From IMG/VR virus record IMGVR_UViG_3300015242_000001: a DNA stretch of 40,275 nt. One strand, given 5' to 3'. A program made the position numbers and the translations under genes. This document shows positions 20,301-31,151 of this stretch, one piece after another. Origin of the DNA: a virus. The notes below the pieces were generated by a model that was not told the DNA's origin, did not search any database, and worked only from the letters and a program-made list of their open reading frames with translations. How positions within the stretch are numbered: the stretch's first letter is position 1; the number at the start of each line of letters is the position of its first letter.

Positions 20301-20765
20301 TTAATTTTTTCATTCTTCATTTTTTAGTTCAATAATTTCAGCATCAGCTATCCATTTCCTCACACTTGCAATTGCGTTGTTTATTGCCATCAAATTATAA
20401 TACTCTCCTGATGTCATAAGTATTTGTCCGTTAGGTGCGTTTAGAGTATAATAATACATACCATTCACCCTGTTTGTTATCATTATTGTGGCAACTTTTT
20501 TATTTTTCATATTTCATTTATTTCTATTTAAATAATCTAAAAAACTATCTACATCTGTCCATGCTGAAATGTCTAAATGACTTCCAGGTACATCCAGTTC
20601 ATGTAAATCATGCGCAACTATGTCGTATGCCTCCTCTGAGCATATTTTATCAGGGAATATGTGAAATTTATGAGGGTAGTTAGGAGTTTCCTCATAATAA
20701 TAACCTGTAATAAATTGTGTATTGTCTTCGTATATCTTATTTGCCAGTTCCCGGTAAGATATCAT
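17277..20765 (-). CDS. array of about 13 small hypothetical ORFs between the two helicases
   Basis: Tightly packed, often overlapping minus-strand ORFs of 60-156 aa. Confidence 0.55.
18989..19357 (-). CDS. Cys-rich protein with DxCI...GITTTGCCCGH motif
   Basis: Motif reminiscent of the TYW3-type TxxSCSG segment; function unknown. Confidence 0.5.
   Translation of the reverse strand: MKMFKCTCINIEVGSYDNQTFVHSPAHMPKENGYCLDRCIAEEVMILWQLGITTTGCCCGHGKLPAFIGVEFQDINVMKSFGYNVHHNSLRPEDEDSFTPMGKDFAMSVLLNKININKDETI
19843..20313 (-). CDS. secreted/periplasmic protein
   Basis: MKKLILLITLIISSYLSFA|Q: SPI signal with Gln at +1, typical of Bacteroidota exported proteins. Confidence 0.65.
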   Translation of the reverse strand: MKKLILLITLIISSYLSFAQDASVFMWTSNRMDSIVKKNNPVLARSVVNGRRGVVNVKYLFKPINNLVGLVCTYQNNKLICMTTVFTSNQEFINLVQHNINNDKAVKKLSISETEMVIYNTHRMIYTILTIDTEKKLLYMTHMLRNPTTTSEIKTI

Positions 20766-20885
20766 GCGTTGTGGTTTTGGAAATAGTATAGGTTGTCTTT
20801 ACTTGAGGGTTCTATAAAAGTAAGGTCAAAATGTAAAAATAGAGGGTTACTACGCAAAGGATGTGCGGCGATTTTCAATAAGATA

Positions 20886-21791
20886 TTAGCTAAAATGTTT
20901 ATCGAAATTATATAGGTCTTTACCTGTTTTAAAATCTACATATCTATTTGTTCGTCTATCAAACTTTATAGTGAGCTGTTGTGGAATACCTGTTAACTTC
21001 TGTTTTTTAATTTTATCAGAAGCAAATATTACTTCTGTAGAAGTCTTATCAGTTGCGTGATTGGGCTTCCATACTACTAAAACATTATCTGAACCGTCCG
21101 CCCAGCTTCCTCCACCTTTTATACTATATGCTGAGGGTTTTGGATAGTTTGCATTCGGAACTCTAGGAGGTGTAACTTGGTGAAGTACTAAGTGTAAGGA
21201 GATGTGTTTTCTCCTGGCAAAATCGGTTAATAGTGTTGTTAAATACACGGCATATTGGTCATCCTTATCCATACCCGATGGTCGTGCGAACTTTATCAGA
21301 GGATCTATAATACCAGCATCGATGTTATATAATTCTATAAGTCCCTCCCATTCCTTCAGAACGGTTTTTATTGAATTCTCTGGGGGTGCTAAATAGTAAA
21401 AGATGAAGTTATATCTTAATCTCTCGTATATCTTCCTATAAAGTGATTCGCTTATTCTGTTAGGATTATCTCTGTCTGTTGATTGTCCCGCTACTGTATG
21501 TATAATATCATCAAAAAATTCAACTGCTGGGAAGTCTTCAGGACAGGTACATAAAATCTTCCAATCCTCTTCTAACGCTTTGATTGCAGAAATATATCTA
21601 AGGAATGTACTCTTGCCTTCATTTTGATATCCGGTCCATAAATTAAATTCTGTCTTTCTCCACTTCCAACAACAGTCCAATTCATTGATATATGTTGTTG
21701 TACCTTTCTCTTTCCCGTTTTTTAGATCATATAGCATTTTATCTATACAATCATCCATTGTAATAATCTGAGCTTTTGTTTCGTTTGACAT
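20886..21791 (-). CDS. SF4 (DnaB / T7 gp4-like) replicative helicase, no primase domain
   Basis: TGYQNEGKST Walker A, IIDP, VLHQ and IKGGGSWADGSDNVLVVW motifs. Confidence 0.85.
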   Translation of the reverse strand: MSNETKAQIITMDDCIDKMLYDLKNGKEKGTTTYINELDCCWKWRKTEFNLWTGYQNEGKSTFLRYISAIKALEEDWKILCTCPEDFPAVEFFDDIIHTVAGQSTDRDNPNRISESLYRKIYERLRYNFIFYYLAPPENSIKTVLKEWEGLIELYNIDAGIIDPLIKFARPSGMDKDDQYAVYLTTLLTDFARRKHISLHLVLHQVTPPRVPNANYPKPSAYSIKGGGSWADGSDNVLVVWKPNHATDKTSTEVIFASDKIKKQKLTGIPQQLTIKFDRRTNRYVDFKTGKDLYNFDKHFS

Positions 21792-21794
21792 TAA

Positions 21795-22433
21795 TTAATA
21801 TAAATCTTCTGGATTCACCAGCTGCTTATCATTTTCTGTCTCTTTTGGTTGTCCAATCCACCCTTCAAACTTTCTTTGCTTAAGGTAGGGTTCAGGACCA
21901 CTTATATACTGTAAATGGTTTATCCCAGTCTTTGCTGACTTGCTTTTCCTCCAGGACAATTCTGCTTCTAAAGCATTCCATAGTTGTTCTTCAGTGAACT
22001 CTTTTAATAGCGCTACAAACTTCCTTTCACACTTATCTTTATTATATGTAAAGAGTCTGTTTTTCTCATGCTTAATTCCTCTGGAATCTACAAAACCATC
22101 ATTCAAGGGCCACATAGAACACCACACAAGGAATCCTGGATGTAATATCCTTTCTGCCTTTACTTTCTTCATCTTCTCACCTTTCAGTTGTTTCTTAATG
22201 GCTTTCTTAATATCTCCCACAGTATATATTCCTTGCGCCGTATTATCTAAAGGATATACTGGAACACTATCTTTTAAAGCAAATTCAGATATATCAAAGG
22301 GGGGCCTCCATACTATACCACGACTGTCACGATAAGCAACCTCAGTATAATCATTATCACTATAATCTGAATTTATATTACCATAACTGTCTGTTACTAC
22401 TGGTATGCGAAATACACAAAAAACAGTACTCAT
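21795..22433 (-). CDS. putative replication initiator/helicase-loader-like protein
   Basis: Position just upstream of the helicase; FLVWCSMWP...PEPYLKQRKFE resembles phage replisome-organizer C-termini. Confidence 0.45.
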   Translation of the reverse strand: MSTVFCVFRIPVVTDSYGNINSDYSDNDYTEVAYRDSRGIVWRPPFDISEFALKDSVPVYPLDNTAQGIYTVGDIKKAIKKQLKGEKMKKVKAERILHPGFLVWCSMWPLNDGFVDSRGIKHEKNRLFTYNKDKCERKFVALLKEFTEEQLWNALEAELSWRKSKSAKTGINHLQYISGPEPYLKQRKFEGWIGQPKETENDKQLVNPEDLY

Positions 22434-22871
22434 AATTCATTACATTTAATTATTAGTTTTTTAGCAATTGCTACAGCATCATGTAATAGTTCATCACTAT
22501 TCTCAGTCCCATACTTATTAAGTAAGGAAGCAAGTAATACAGTAGACTTATCTAGCAGTAAATCATTGAAATCATTTACAGACATGCGTGTAGGATAGTC
22601 AGTCTCCTTAATAGGAGACGGTGATTTAGACATTCTGAGTATTTAATTGTCCCCTGAGAAATAATTGTTTCTGTTGTGGAGAAGCAAATTCGGTTTCTTT
22701 AGCTAATGTTAATTTATTAGCTTCTGCAAATTTGGTTTTAGAGTATTCGTAACCGATAACAGGAGGGGCAATGTAACAAATCAGGAGAAAGTCTCCTATT
22801 TTCCTGTTCCGTGTATCAGTTGTACTTATTAAAAGATCTCCAGCTTCTATTCTTCCTTTCTTCTTCGACAT
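22430..22871 (-). CDS. two small hypothetical ORFs (22430-22633, 22626-22871)
   Basis: Overlapping co-directional ORFs. Confidence 0.5.
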
Positions 22872-22985
22872 TTAAGTATATTAAAGTTAATAAATTAAAA
22901 TATTCAGCCCAATAACATCTTCGTGTAAGATTTACAATTATAAATAATACATATTTAAATAAATACATAAATTCATTTCTTTATT

Positions 22986-24929
22986 TTAATGTGACCAATA
23001 ATTTACGATCTTTGCTTCTGCATTTAATGGGACAATTTTACACCATATATCCCCGGCCTCCTTCATACACCGCTCTAACTCTCCTTTTGCATTTATTGCC
23101 ATGTCTTCAACTGTTTCAGCATTAATTTCATCATGAACTAGATTTGTTAAGTATATATCATCTTCCAACCCTTCCATTAATAACCATTCTCTAAATAACA
23201 CAGCAGCTTTCTTAGTGATACTGCCAGCCTCCCCCTGAATTGGATAATTGAGTCCATTTCTTTCCAGTTTACTCTTCAATTTAAAATATGCTGACCAATG
23301 CGGATTCTTCTCATCCTCTACACTTGCTACCCAATTAGCAGCTTTATTCTTTAACTCCTCTATCAGAGGATATTTCTTAAACCAACTCTTTCTCTTTGTA
23401 ACTGAATCGATAAAAATATATGGTTGTGATAGGGCCAGTTTTTTTGCCTTACTAAAATACTTACCCAGTCCTGGAAAGGCTTTAAAATATGCACTATATA
23501 CTCTATCTCCTTCTTCTATACTTATACCTAAATTATTAGCAATTGTCTTCCCTACACCGCCGTAGTTAATAGCAAAACCAGCAGCCTTTGCGGTTTGCCT
23601 TTCTTCTGAGTGATTTTCTTTAACTTCTGCTAAACTCAATTCCTTGAGTTCTTCAAATATCTTTGATGCAACAAAGCTGTGCATGTCTCCCAAACCATTC
23701 TTATAGAAAAACAGAAGATCCTTATCCTTTGATTTGTTAGCTAGTATTATCTGCTCTTGCCCCGAATAGTCAGCATTTGCCAGTTTAAAGCCTTTTGGGG
23801 CTATAAATGCTTCTCTGTGATCATCCGCTGGTATATTCTGTAGATTGGGGTTGTTGGAGGAAATACGCCCCGTATTGAGTATCTGCCGGTAGTCTGAGTG
23901 TATTCTGCCAGTTATTGGGTGTATATACTTCAAAAAATCCTCTCCAAACGTGGTTACTGCCTGTTCCGCTTCTTTAAACTCCAGGTATATGCTTACTAGC
24001 TCTTTGTATTGACCATGATATTTACTAAGTTCTTTCTTATCTACAGTATAGGCTAGTTTTTTAGTTGTTTTGGAAACTGCCTGTGGGCAAAAGCCTAAAT
24101 ACTTAAAATATTTAATTACTTGCCTGGAGGAGGTCCAAGATATACTAACCTTTATTTCAGCGGAGAATAAATCCATCTGTTTTTTAAAGAACTTTACATG
24201 ATCACTTTCTATTACAAACCTGTTCAACTTTTGCTGTAAAGAATTAAACTTTACCTGATTTTTAGCTGCTACTTCTTTCCACCTCTTTGGATCAAAAGCC
24301 ATTCCTTTATACTCAATATCCCCCAACACTTTAAGGAATTCCATTTCTAACTTGACTGTCTCCCCTAAATCGTTTTTCTCAGTTAGATAGTCAAGTTTAG
24401 ATTTAATCAGAAAAGGAACTATGATATCCTTTGCTCCATACTCTATCTGCTCTTTAATGAAAGGAAGATCGCGTATTGATAAGAAACTCAATCTTACATC
24501 CTTTGGAACTATGATATCACAACATTCTTTTGCTACGCCAGCTAATGATGCGTTTTTATCTAATCCGCAATGATTAATTTGATATACTATCATTGTATCA
24601 TACACTCTCTCTAACCGTACTCCATAATTATGTAGAAGGTGTTTGTATTCAAATTTCAAATTATGTCCTACCCAAATTACTTTCTTATTCAGTTTCTTGA
24701 GGAGGGCTTTAGGGTCTACTTTTCGAGCATCTATAATATACTGCTTTGATAATGTTCCTAACTGGATCATCACTGGTTTTGATGTATATGGGTCAAGTCC
24801 TTCCATTTCTCCATACTTCTCATATTTCCTAGTTGTTTCTAGGTCGATGCCTACATACAAATCAGTAATTTGCACCTGATCCAGTTCCTCCTGTTTCTCA
24901 ATGAATACATAATTTAAATATTCGTTCAC
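22986..24929 (-). CDS. polA: family A DNA polymerase with 3'-5' exonuclease
   Basis: Exo motifs GIDLET, GHNLKFE and YGAKD; TGRISSNNPNLQNIP; motif A DYSGQE; motif B RQTAKAAGFAINYG; motif C VHDEI. Confidence 0.95.
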   Translation of the reverse strand: MNEYLNYVFIEKQEELDQVQITDLYVGIDLETTRKYEKYGEMEGLDPYTSKPVMIQLGTLSKQYIIDARKVDPKALLKKLNKKVIWVGHNLKFEYKHLLHNYGVRLERVYDTMIVYQINHCGLDKNASLAGVAKECCDIIVPKDVRLSFLSIRDLPFIKEQIEYGAKDIIVPFLIKSKLDYLTEKNDLGETVKLEMEFLKVLGDIEYKGMAFDPKRWKEVAAKNQVKFNSLQQKLNRFVIESDHVKFFKKQMDLFSAEIKVSISWTSSRQVIKYFKYLGFCPQAVSKTTKKLAYTVDKKELSKYHGQYKELVSIYLEFKEAEQAVTTFGEDFLKYIHPITGRIHSDYRQILNTGRISSNNPNLQNIPADDHREAFIAPKGFKLANADYSGQEQIILANKSKDKDLLFFYKNGLGDMHSFVASKIFEELKELSLAEVKENHSEERQTAKAAGFAINYGGVGKTIANNLGISIEEGDRVYSAYFKAFPGLGKYFSKAKKLALSQPYIFIDSVTKRKSWFKKYPLIEELKNKAANWVASVEDEKNPHWSAYFKLKSKLERNGLNYPIQGEAGSITKKAAVLFREWLLMEGLEDDIYLTNLVHDEINAETVEDMAINAKGELERCMKEAGDIWCKIVPLNAEAKIVNYWSH

Positions 24930-25099
24930 TTATTCTTGGTTATAGACTGTAAAAGAATCACTGTCTATAAGATTACCTCCTAAACGCAATTGAACTTCAA
25001 CCTTCATTTTATTAGAGTCATAAAAAGTAGTGAGGGCATCAATTTGCAAGTGTGATACCAGAAATTCAATCAATTCTTCTTTATTCATAATTTTAATAT

Positions 25100-26463
25100 T
25101 TAAAAATCTTCCTCAAAACACTTATATGATTTAGTTAACCTCTCTTCAAACTCTGTATAGAACCAATCATCAATGTGTTTCAAGAATAAGTCAAATTTCA
25201 TTTTGTGGTCTAAGTTTTCTGGTACATATCCATTTGAAAGATATGGTTCAACCTCCCTTCTCTGTTCAGTAGATAATCTATAATATCTCTTAGATAGCTC
25301 CTCTACTAAATTATAGGTATCGATATCTCTCATGTCAACGTCTACGTCAACATTGACGCTTACTGTTCTACTCATATCAAACCAATTCTAAAGTTTCACT
25401 ATTGCGAATGATTGTCTTTACTTCTTCTATATTACCATTACCAATTTTGGAGATTATTTCATCGGGAATTTCTATTTCAAATTCTAGTTCTGACATCTTT
25501 AACCTTTCTTCAGGTGCATATTTCAAGGTATCGAAATACTCGATAAAAAGTTTTACTTCGGGAGGCATTGTTATTATCTTATTGAAACCTGTAGAAATTG
25601 AGGAATACCCAACTGTGGCTCTTGGGAAAATATCTCTTACAGCCAGAGCCACAGCACAATTTGTTATTATCTGTCCACGCCCAGCGCTAGTACCACACCA
25701 CATTGATTTCTTCAATATCTCTTTAGTTACTTTAATTTTCATTTTAATACTCATATATATTCAATTAATGTTACAAAATGTTTTACATCTACTTCTCCAG
25801 AGAGGAAACTATTCTCTATTCTTTCATAGTCTCCCCATGAAAAATATCCTTTAATTTTAAACGTCCTTTTTCGTAATCCGCTGTATTCGCGCGCTTTCCA
25901 AATATCTGCTTTAATTGAACCACAAGTGCAAAATTCTTCATCAAAATGCCTCCTCATAGCCCTGGATAACGCACAATCCTCATTACTCCCGTAAGCAGTA
26001 TTAATAAAATCTTCAGGGAGTAATTCTATCCTGAATTCTTTCATACTAATTCTCTTTTTTGTAATGTAATTTCATCCTCTATTACTTCTCCTTTTGATAT
26101 ATGGATTTGTTTAAGCATTTCTAATGTGGATGTCATAGCATTGAATAATGCATCTTCACGATTCATATCATTCCCGGTACGGGTATAACGTTCCGTCATA
26201 AACTTCTCCTCTAATTCTAATATTTCCTGTAGTGTATAAAGACTATTGGATTCTTGGTTTATACATTCTATAGCGCGGGATCTCATGTTTTTATTCGGAT
26301 CGACCTTTCCATATTCAAAGGAATGTCTTCCATCAATCCATTCGCCCTTGTTATTTAGAAGATTCCCCACAAAACAAGCACAAGCGTCACCCGCATTAAT
26401 TTCACACTTCAAATATGCTTGAATAATTTTCTCTGATTGTTCTTTAAATGTTGGTTTGTTCAT
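25100..26463 (-). CDS. four small hypothetical ORFs; 25377-25754 and 25751-26044 look paralogous
   Basis: Shared xCAhxxAhR motif (NCAVALAVRDIF / DCALSRAMRRHF). Confidence 0.55.
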
Positions 26464-26470
26464 TTTATAA

Positions 26471-26676
26471 TTATTTTAAAAAGTAATTAATTATGTGAAA
26501 AATAATAGATGTAATAACATAAACCCCCGTACAAATGAATAATGATATGAATCCCCACTTTAGTATTAGTTTCATTTGAATGTCTTTTTCTTAATAAAAA
26601 CAACTATAAAAATTGTAATGACCATTAGGTATAATAATCCTCCCCCGGTCCCTATGTGAAATGCACTTTCTTCCAT
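26471..26676 (-). CDS. two tandem 34-aa single-TM microproteins (26572-26676, 26471-26575)
   Basis: Manual translation: MEESAFHIGTGGGLLYLMVITIFIVVFIKKKTFK and MKLILKWGFISLFICTGVYVITSIIFHIINYFLK, joined by an ATGA overlap. Confidence 0.55.
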
Positions 26677-26846
26677 TAGCTGAAACCTTTAGTTCTACTC
26701 ATTTGTTTTGGAGACATTTTAAGAGTCTTTATTGCTGCTGTGTGGGATTTAGGAGGGATGAAGTAGTTCTTGTTGGTGTAGTAACTGAAAAACTCATCTA
26801 CATCAAATAGGTTGGGATCTTTCTTTTTCATATTGCAAATATTAAA

Positions 26847-27806
26847 TCAGATAATAAGAAATTTATTACCGAATTCTTTTTCATAAGTATCAATTACTTT
26901 TTGCATGTCTTCAATAGTTACTAGTGTTCCCTGCTCTTCACATCCAATCCATAAGGTGTTAATTGACCATTTGTAGGGGAAATAAGTAAGTTTATTCGTA
27001 TGATTCTTTACAAATTCTTTTAAAAGAGTTATCTGACCATGGACATCCCCTCCAAGTATATTATAAAATCCCTCTCGTTTAATTCTAATTGTTTTAACGG
27101 GATTACCAATCTCAACGTCCACAAACTCTTTCTCTTGTTCATAAATTGGAACAAAGTATTCAGTATTTAAATAACTAGCATATTCTTTACAGTAATCATC
27201 ACTTATTGGAAAATAATGACCTCTGTGAATTCCATGATTGTTTGGAAATTCTTTTACAACGTCATACCCTATTATTTTCTTATTCATGTTTAGTGGTTTA
27301 TCTGTTATCATTTCTTTCCATTGAGTATAGGTGAGAATTGGTAGGTCTGGGTATCTCATTTCGTACCAACTGGCGTGTGTGACGTATCCCGATTTATCAT
27401 CATAAGGATCATTGGGATTAATTCTATAATATATCTTCCCGCTGAGAGGATTAGAATTCTCAACACAAATCTCTTTTTGATGATTGGTTATTTCGACTGC
27501 CTGATCATAATTCTCAGAGATTACAATATAGTCGGTATATTGCTTATTGGCTTCCAATTTTGATATACCAGTTTCTCCGATTAACATTTGTAAGCCAGAA
27601 ATATCTAAATTTACCCCATAGATATGAACATGATCACTCTCGTGCCAGCCTACTGAAAATATGGTTCCCTTAAACCCGTCTTTACCGTTATAATGATCAT
27701 GTTCTGGAAATTTAAATCCCATTTCTCTATATTTATCACGATACATAGTGTAATTCATACCTGCATCGATTACAACAACTCTATCTCCTACTTTATATTT
27801 TTCCAT
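26847..27806 (-). CDS. hypothetical protein (N-terminal KYKVGDRVVV SH3/KOW-like start)
   Basis: 319-aa ORF. Confidence 0.6.
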   Translation of the reverse strand: MEKYKVGDRVVVIDAGMNYTMYRDKYREMGFKFPEHDHYNGKDGFKGTIFSVGWHESDHVHIYGVNLDISGLQMLIGETGISKLEANKQYTDYIVISENYDQAVEITNHQKEICVENSNPLSGKIYYRINPNDPYDDKSGYVTHASWYEMRYPDLPILTYTQWKEMITDKPLNMNKKIIGYDVVKEFPNNHGIHRGHYFPISDDYCKEYASYLNTEYFVPIYEQEKEFVDVEIGNPVKTIRIKREGFYNILGGDVHGQITLLKEFVKNHTNKLTYFPYKWSINTLWIGCEEQGTLVTIEDMQKVIDTYEKEFGNKFLII

Positions 27807-29368
27807 TAGAAATTTAGTTTAATAAGTTCTTCTTTAATTGCTTGATTTGATTCGTCATTGAATACATCTGATAATTTGGAGTAGTTATAATCAGAATGGA
27901 ATATCTCAGATGCGGTTTTATCTACTATTACAAATTGAATATCTTTATTGGAGTATACACCTATTACCCTCCCGTCTTCAACCTCTACTAATACTTTGAT
28001 CATTTGTCCTTTTGTTCGAGTAACTCATACCTTGTCTATTGTTGAATATCATATAAATTAGATAAATTAAAATACAAACTACACACCAACGAATCAGGTA
28101 TCCCTGTTGTTGTAATTTGGTCATAAAGGTAATAAATTTTATTAGTTTTATAAAATTATTCTATTTCAGTAGGATCTGCGAAGATATTTTGACCGAGAAG
28201 TAATGATACTACTTTATCAATTTCATTTTCATAGTGGATAATTGCTTCCCTGGGTTCTCTGGTATTTAGTACAATGGGGACATCTAAACAATACACTACT
28301 CCGTAATAGACATTTTCACTGGTCTTAAAATAATACTTTTTCATATCGATTCATCTTTCCAGCTTATTTCATACCAACTATCATTTCCCAATGACGAGTA
28401 AATTACTTTGTACCCGTCTGATTCTAATCGATGTATTAATCTATTATTTAAATGTCCCCAATAAAGCGCATTATTAGTTTCATCTTTCTGAATCTGCTTT
28501 AAAATCACTTCCATAGTTTCCGCATACATTATAGCGTCTAGCTCTAAGTCTTCATACCTTTCCTTATACCTTTCCTTTGATAATTCTCTTGCTTCTGCTG
28601 CTGTCATATGTTAAGTTTTATTCTATTATTCTAATATAATATCCTTGATATGTGCCATCTAATTGTCTCACTTGTACTCTAGCTGGTTTCTTTTCGGAGC
28701 TAGTAACTTTTTGTGTTGCTTTACAAGCGGTAAATAGCACTATTGCTACAAATAATAATGTTTTCATTTCTTTTTATTTTTTTCAAACCAATTGTCAATA
28801 TCTCGAATTATAATTATATTTCCATCGACTACTTCAAGTAACAATTTGTTAAATAATTCCTTAACTTCCTCCTCAGTATAAATAATCCCTGGTTCTACTA
28901 CTTCCACATCCGCTAATCTTAAATACCACCAATTATCAGGATTTGCTATACTTACCCCAATTACCTCACAATCGTACTCTCCCCACCACCCAAGGTTATC
29001 ATGCAATGTAACTTCCGTCCCTATTTTAAATTGATGGTCACAAGTATTGTACTTGACTATAGCAGTTTTACCGATTAAATATGATATATCTGGTTTCATT
29101 AATTATAATTTACTGTTGTTTCGAATTGTCTTATTGCTTCCATGTCTATACTTCTACCCCATGTCCAATCTTTACATTTAATGTCGACATTCCCTATACC
29201 ACAAAACGATAGTGCGAATTGGACAATAAGGCTGGCAAATTCAACCAAATCCTCAGTTGGGAACCCAGTCTTCAATTGTATATAGAGCTTCTTATTGAGC
29301 CTACAATAGTGGTATTTTTCTATAGCTGGGTATTTCCTTAATTCATCCAAGTACTTTAGACTATTCAT
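27806..29368 (-). CDS. cluster of small hypothetical ORFs
   Basis: Co-directional ORFs of 62-111 aa. Confidence 0.5.
28618..28767 (-). CDS. 49-aa lipoprotein (missed by ORF track)
   Basis: MKTLLFVAIVLFTACKATQK... lipobox FTAC; ATGA overlap with the upstream gene. Confidence 0.6.
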   Translation of the reverse strand: MKTLLFVAIVLFTACKATQKVTSSEKKPARVQVRQLDGTYQGYYIRIIE

Positions 29369-29387
29369 AACTCACTTGTTTAAAATG

Positions 29388-29419
29388 AAAAATCCCAGCA
29401 GAATTTAATCTACTGGGAT
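29388..29419 (-). terminator. intrinsic terminator
   Basis: ATCCCAGTAGA-loop-TCTGCTGGGAT followed by TTTT. Confidence 0.75.
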
Positions 29420-29441
29420 GTAAGTACCATAATTGGTAAAT

Positions 29442-29819
29442 TTATATCTCCACTTTTACCCCATTTGCCCCGACTTCAATTAACTTTACTCCAGGTAAAA
29501 CTTTTACTTCAACTCCATTTACTAAAAAACGAAATTCTTTACTTGTCTTAGTTTCAGGTAATGCTATTTGCTCTTGTTCTGTATTCTTACGGGACCAAGA
29601 TCTAGTTTTCTTAACATCATACCCTTCACTTTTCAATTTGGTTCGTAACTGTAATATCACATTTTCATTAGGCGTTCTATCTGCTTTGTAACGATTTAAT
29701 TTTCTCGCAATTTCAACAATGGGTAGATCACTACAAGCAATCTTTTTATCCTCTTCAGAATAAGCGTCTTTTCTGACTTTTCTGGTGGGAGTAGACGGTT
29801 TTTTATTTTTTGTTTTCAT
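29442..29819 (-). CDS. basic HTH-like DNA-binding protein, monocistronic
   Basis: YSEEDKKIA..DLPIVEIARKLNR..NENVILQLR HTH-like pattern; has its own promoter and terminator. Confidence 0.5.
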   Translation of the reverse strand: MKTKNKKPSTPTRKVRKDAYSEEDKKIACSDLPIVEIARKLNRYKADRTPNENVILQLRTKLKSEGYDVKKTRSWSRKNTEQEQIALPETKTSKEFRFLVNGVEVKVLPGVKLIEVGANGVKVEI

Positions 29820-29836
29820 TTTAAAATTAGTTAATA

Positions 29837-29916
29837 TGACAATTGGGTTTCTCTATTGACAGCAAAAGTATAATTCTGATTCTAATATTACAAAAGTAAC
29901 TGTCATTGGATTGTCA
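29837..29916 (-). promoter_or_regulatory. promoter TTTG-N20-TACTTTTG flanked by four TGACA/TGTCA sites
   Basis: -7 element at 29863-29870, -33 at 29891-29894; TGACA at 29837 and 29857, TGTCA at 29901 and 29912. Confidence 0.65.
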
Positions 29917-29969
29917 TTATTACTATTAGTTTCAAAAACTTAATATTTCAGTAATATTAATATATTAGT

Positions 29970-30302
29970 TTAATCCTTCAAAACTTCGGTAAATAGTTGT
30001 TTTTGGGGTTTTATAGATTCCCATAGATCAATAAATGCTTGATATAATTCTTCAGGCGAGACAAATTTCATCTTTTGTTCTATTTCGTATTGCTTGCGTT
30101 CTTCTGGAAAAGACTTTTGTCTATATGCCCAAGAATCGGTATCCACGGGGTCAGTCCATTTCTTCTTACCTTTTTCTCTGATTTCAATATCAAAGTCATA
30201 ACCGGGAACAATCCCGCGATAAGAATAAGTTGGGTGGATATTTTTAAACCAAACCCTAAGTTTAACTTGAATATTATTTTCTCGATTGAAGATTCTTTCC
30301 AT
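29970..30302 (-). CDS. hypothetical protein
   Basis: 110-aa ORF. Confidence 0.55.
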   Translation of the reverse strand: MERIFNRENNIQVKLRVWFKNIHPTYSYRGIVPGYDFDIEIREKGKKKWTDPVDTDSWAYRQKSFPEERKQYEIEQKMKFVSPEELYQAFIDLWESIKPQKQLFTEVLKD

Positions 30303-30304
30303 GT

Positions 30305-31087
30305 TTACATTTTAATTGCTAAAGTATTAACACCGTCAAGATCCTTGTATTTGAAGTCTCCATAACGGTTTAAAATCCTCCTGATATTTTCATCTCCACA
30401 TGAACAGTACTCATAAATAATATGGAGATTCTTTACATAGGTTAAGATGTTTGTAGCCCCCAACAATGCATCAATTTCCATTCCTTCGACATCCAATTTA
30501 ATAACTGTTAGCTTATCCTGGTTTATATTTTTAAAGGGGACAAGTTCATCCAATTTCTTACATTCAATTGTCCCTAGTTCGGCGTGGTTTAAATGACTTG
30601 AGCTAGTAACACCTTCCAGAACATTAAAAGCTACCTTTTTGTTCTCTTTACCAGCAGCACAAGCAAATATGGTGATATACTCATTTATTGCATTATTCCA
30701 GCCTAGATTCTCAATGATCGCTTCATAGTTAACTGGTTCAATAGCTACTGTAGGGATGTGCTTATTTGCCATCCATATGGCGTATTCCCCTATACAGGCT
30801 CCAATGTCAATGAACAATCCAATGTCTTTACTAATGCTCCCTAAATAACTTTTAACCTCTTTTTCATAGCTGAAATTGACAAATTGGAAGTCTGTGGTAC
30901 TTCTCCGAAGCATAAAAGATCCCATTTCAGTAGTAACTAGTCTATCGGTTTTGGGGAGCTTTTTAAATAACACATAATTCATTGAATCTTTGATAGTTTC
31001 TAAATCGTTACGTTTGAGGGCTTCTAAAAAATAAGAAATGTACTTCCCGTATTTCGTAACACGAAAGGGGGATGGGGCGTAAGGCAT
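30305..31087 (-). CDS. FkbM-family SAM-dependent methyltransferase
   Basis: FIDIGACIGEY, VAIEP, AAG and IKLDVEGME..AL.G motifs. Confidence 0.88.
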   Translation of the reverse strand: MPYAPSPFRVTKYGKYISYFLEALKRNDLETIKDSMNYVLFKKLPKTDRLVTTEMGSFMLRRSTTDFQFVNFSYEKEVKSYLGSISKDIGLFIDIGACIGEYAIWMANKHIPTVAIEPVNYEAIIENLGWNNAINEYITIFACAAGKENKKVAFNVLEGVTSSSHLNHAELGTIECKKLDELVPFKNINQDKLTVIKLDVEGMEIDALLGATNILTYVKNLHIIYEYCSCGDENIRRILNRYGDFKYKDLDGVNTLAIKM

Positions 31088-31151
31088 ACAAATAGGTTGA
31101 TTTGGGTATATTAATAACTGTCTTCCTAAAATTAGTACTTTATTTGAAAAT

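Noticed and set aside
22872-22985. AT-rich gap after polA as a replication origin
   Set aside because: No iterons or strong repeats visible; AT richness alone is uninformative in this genome
29856-29874. Plus-strand TTGACA...TATAAT sigma70 promoter
   Set aside because: Only 7 nt between the hexamers and no plus-strand gene to drive
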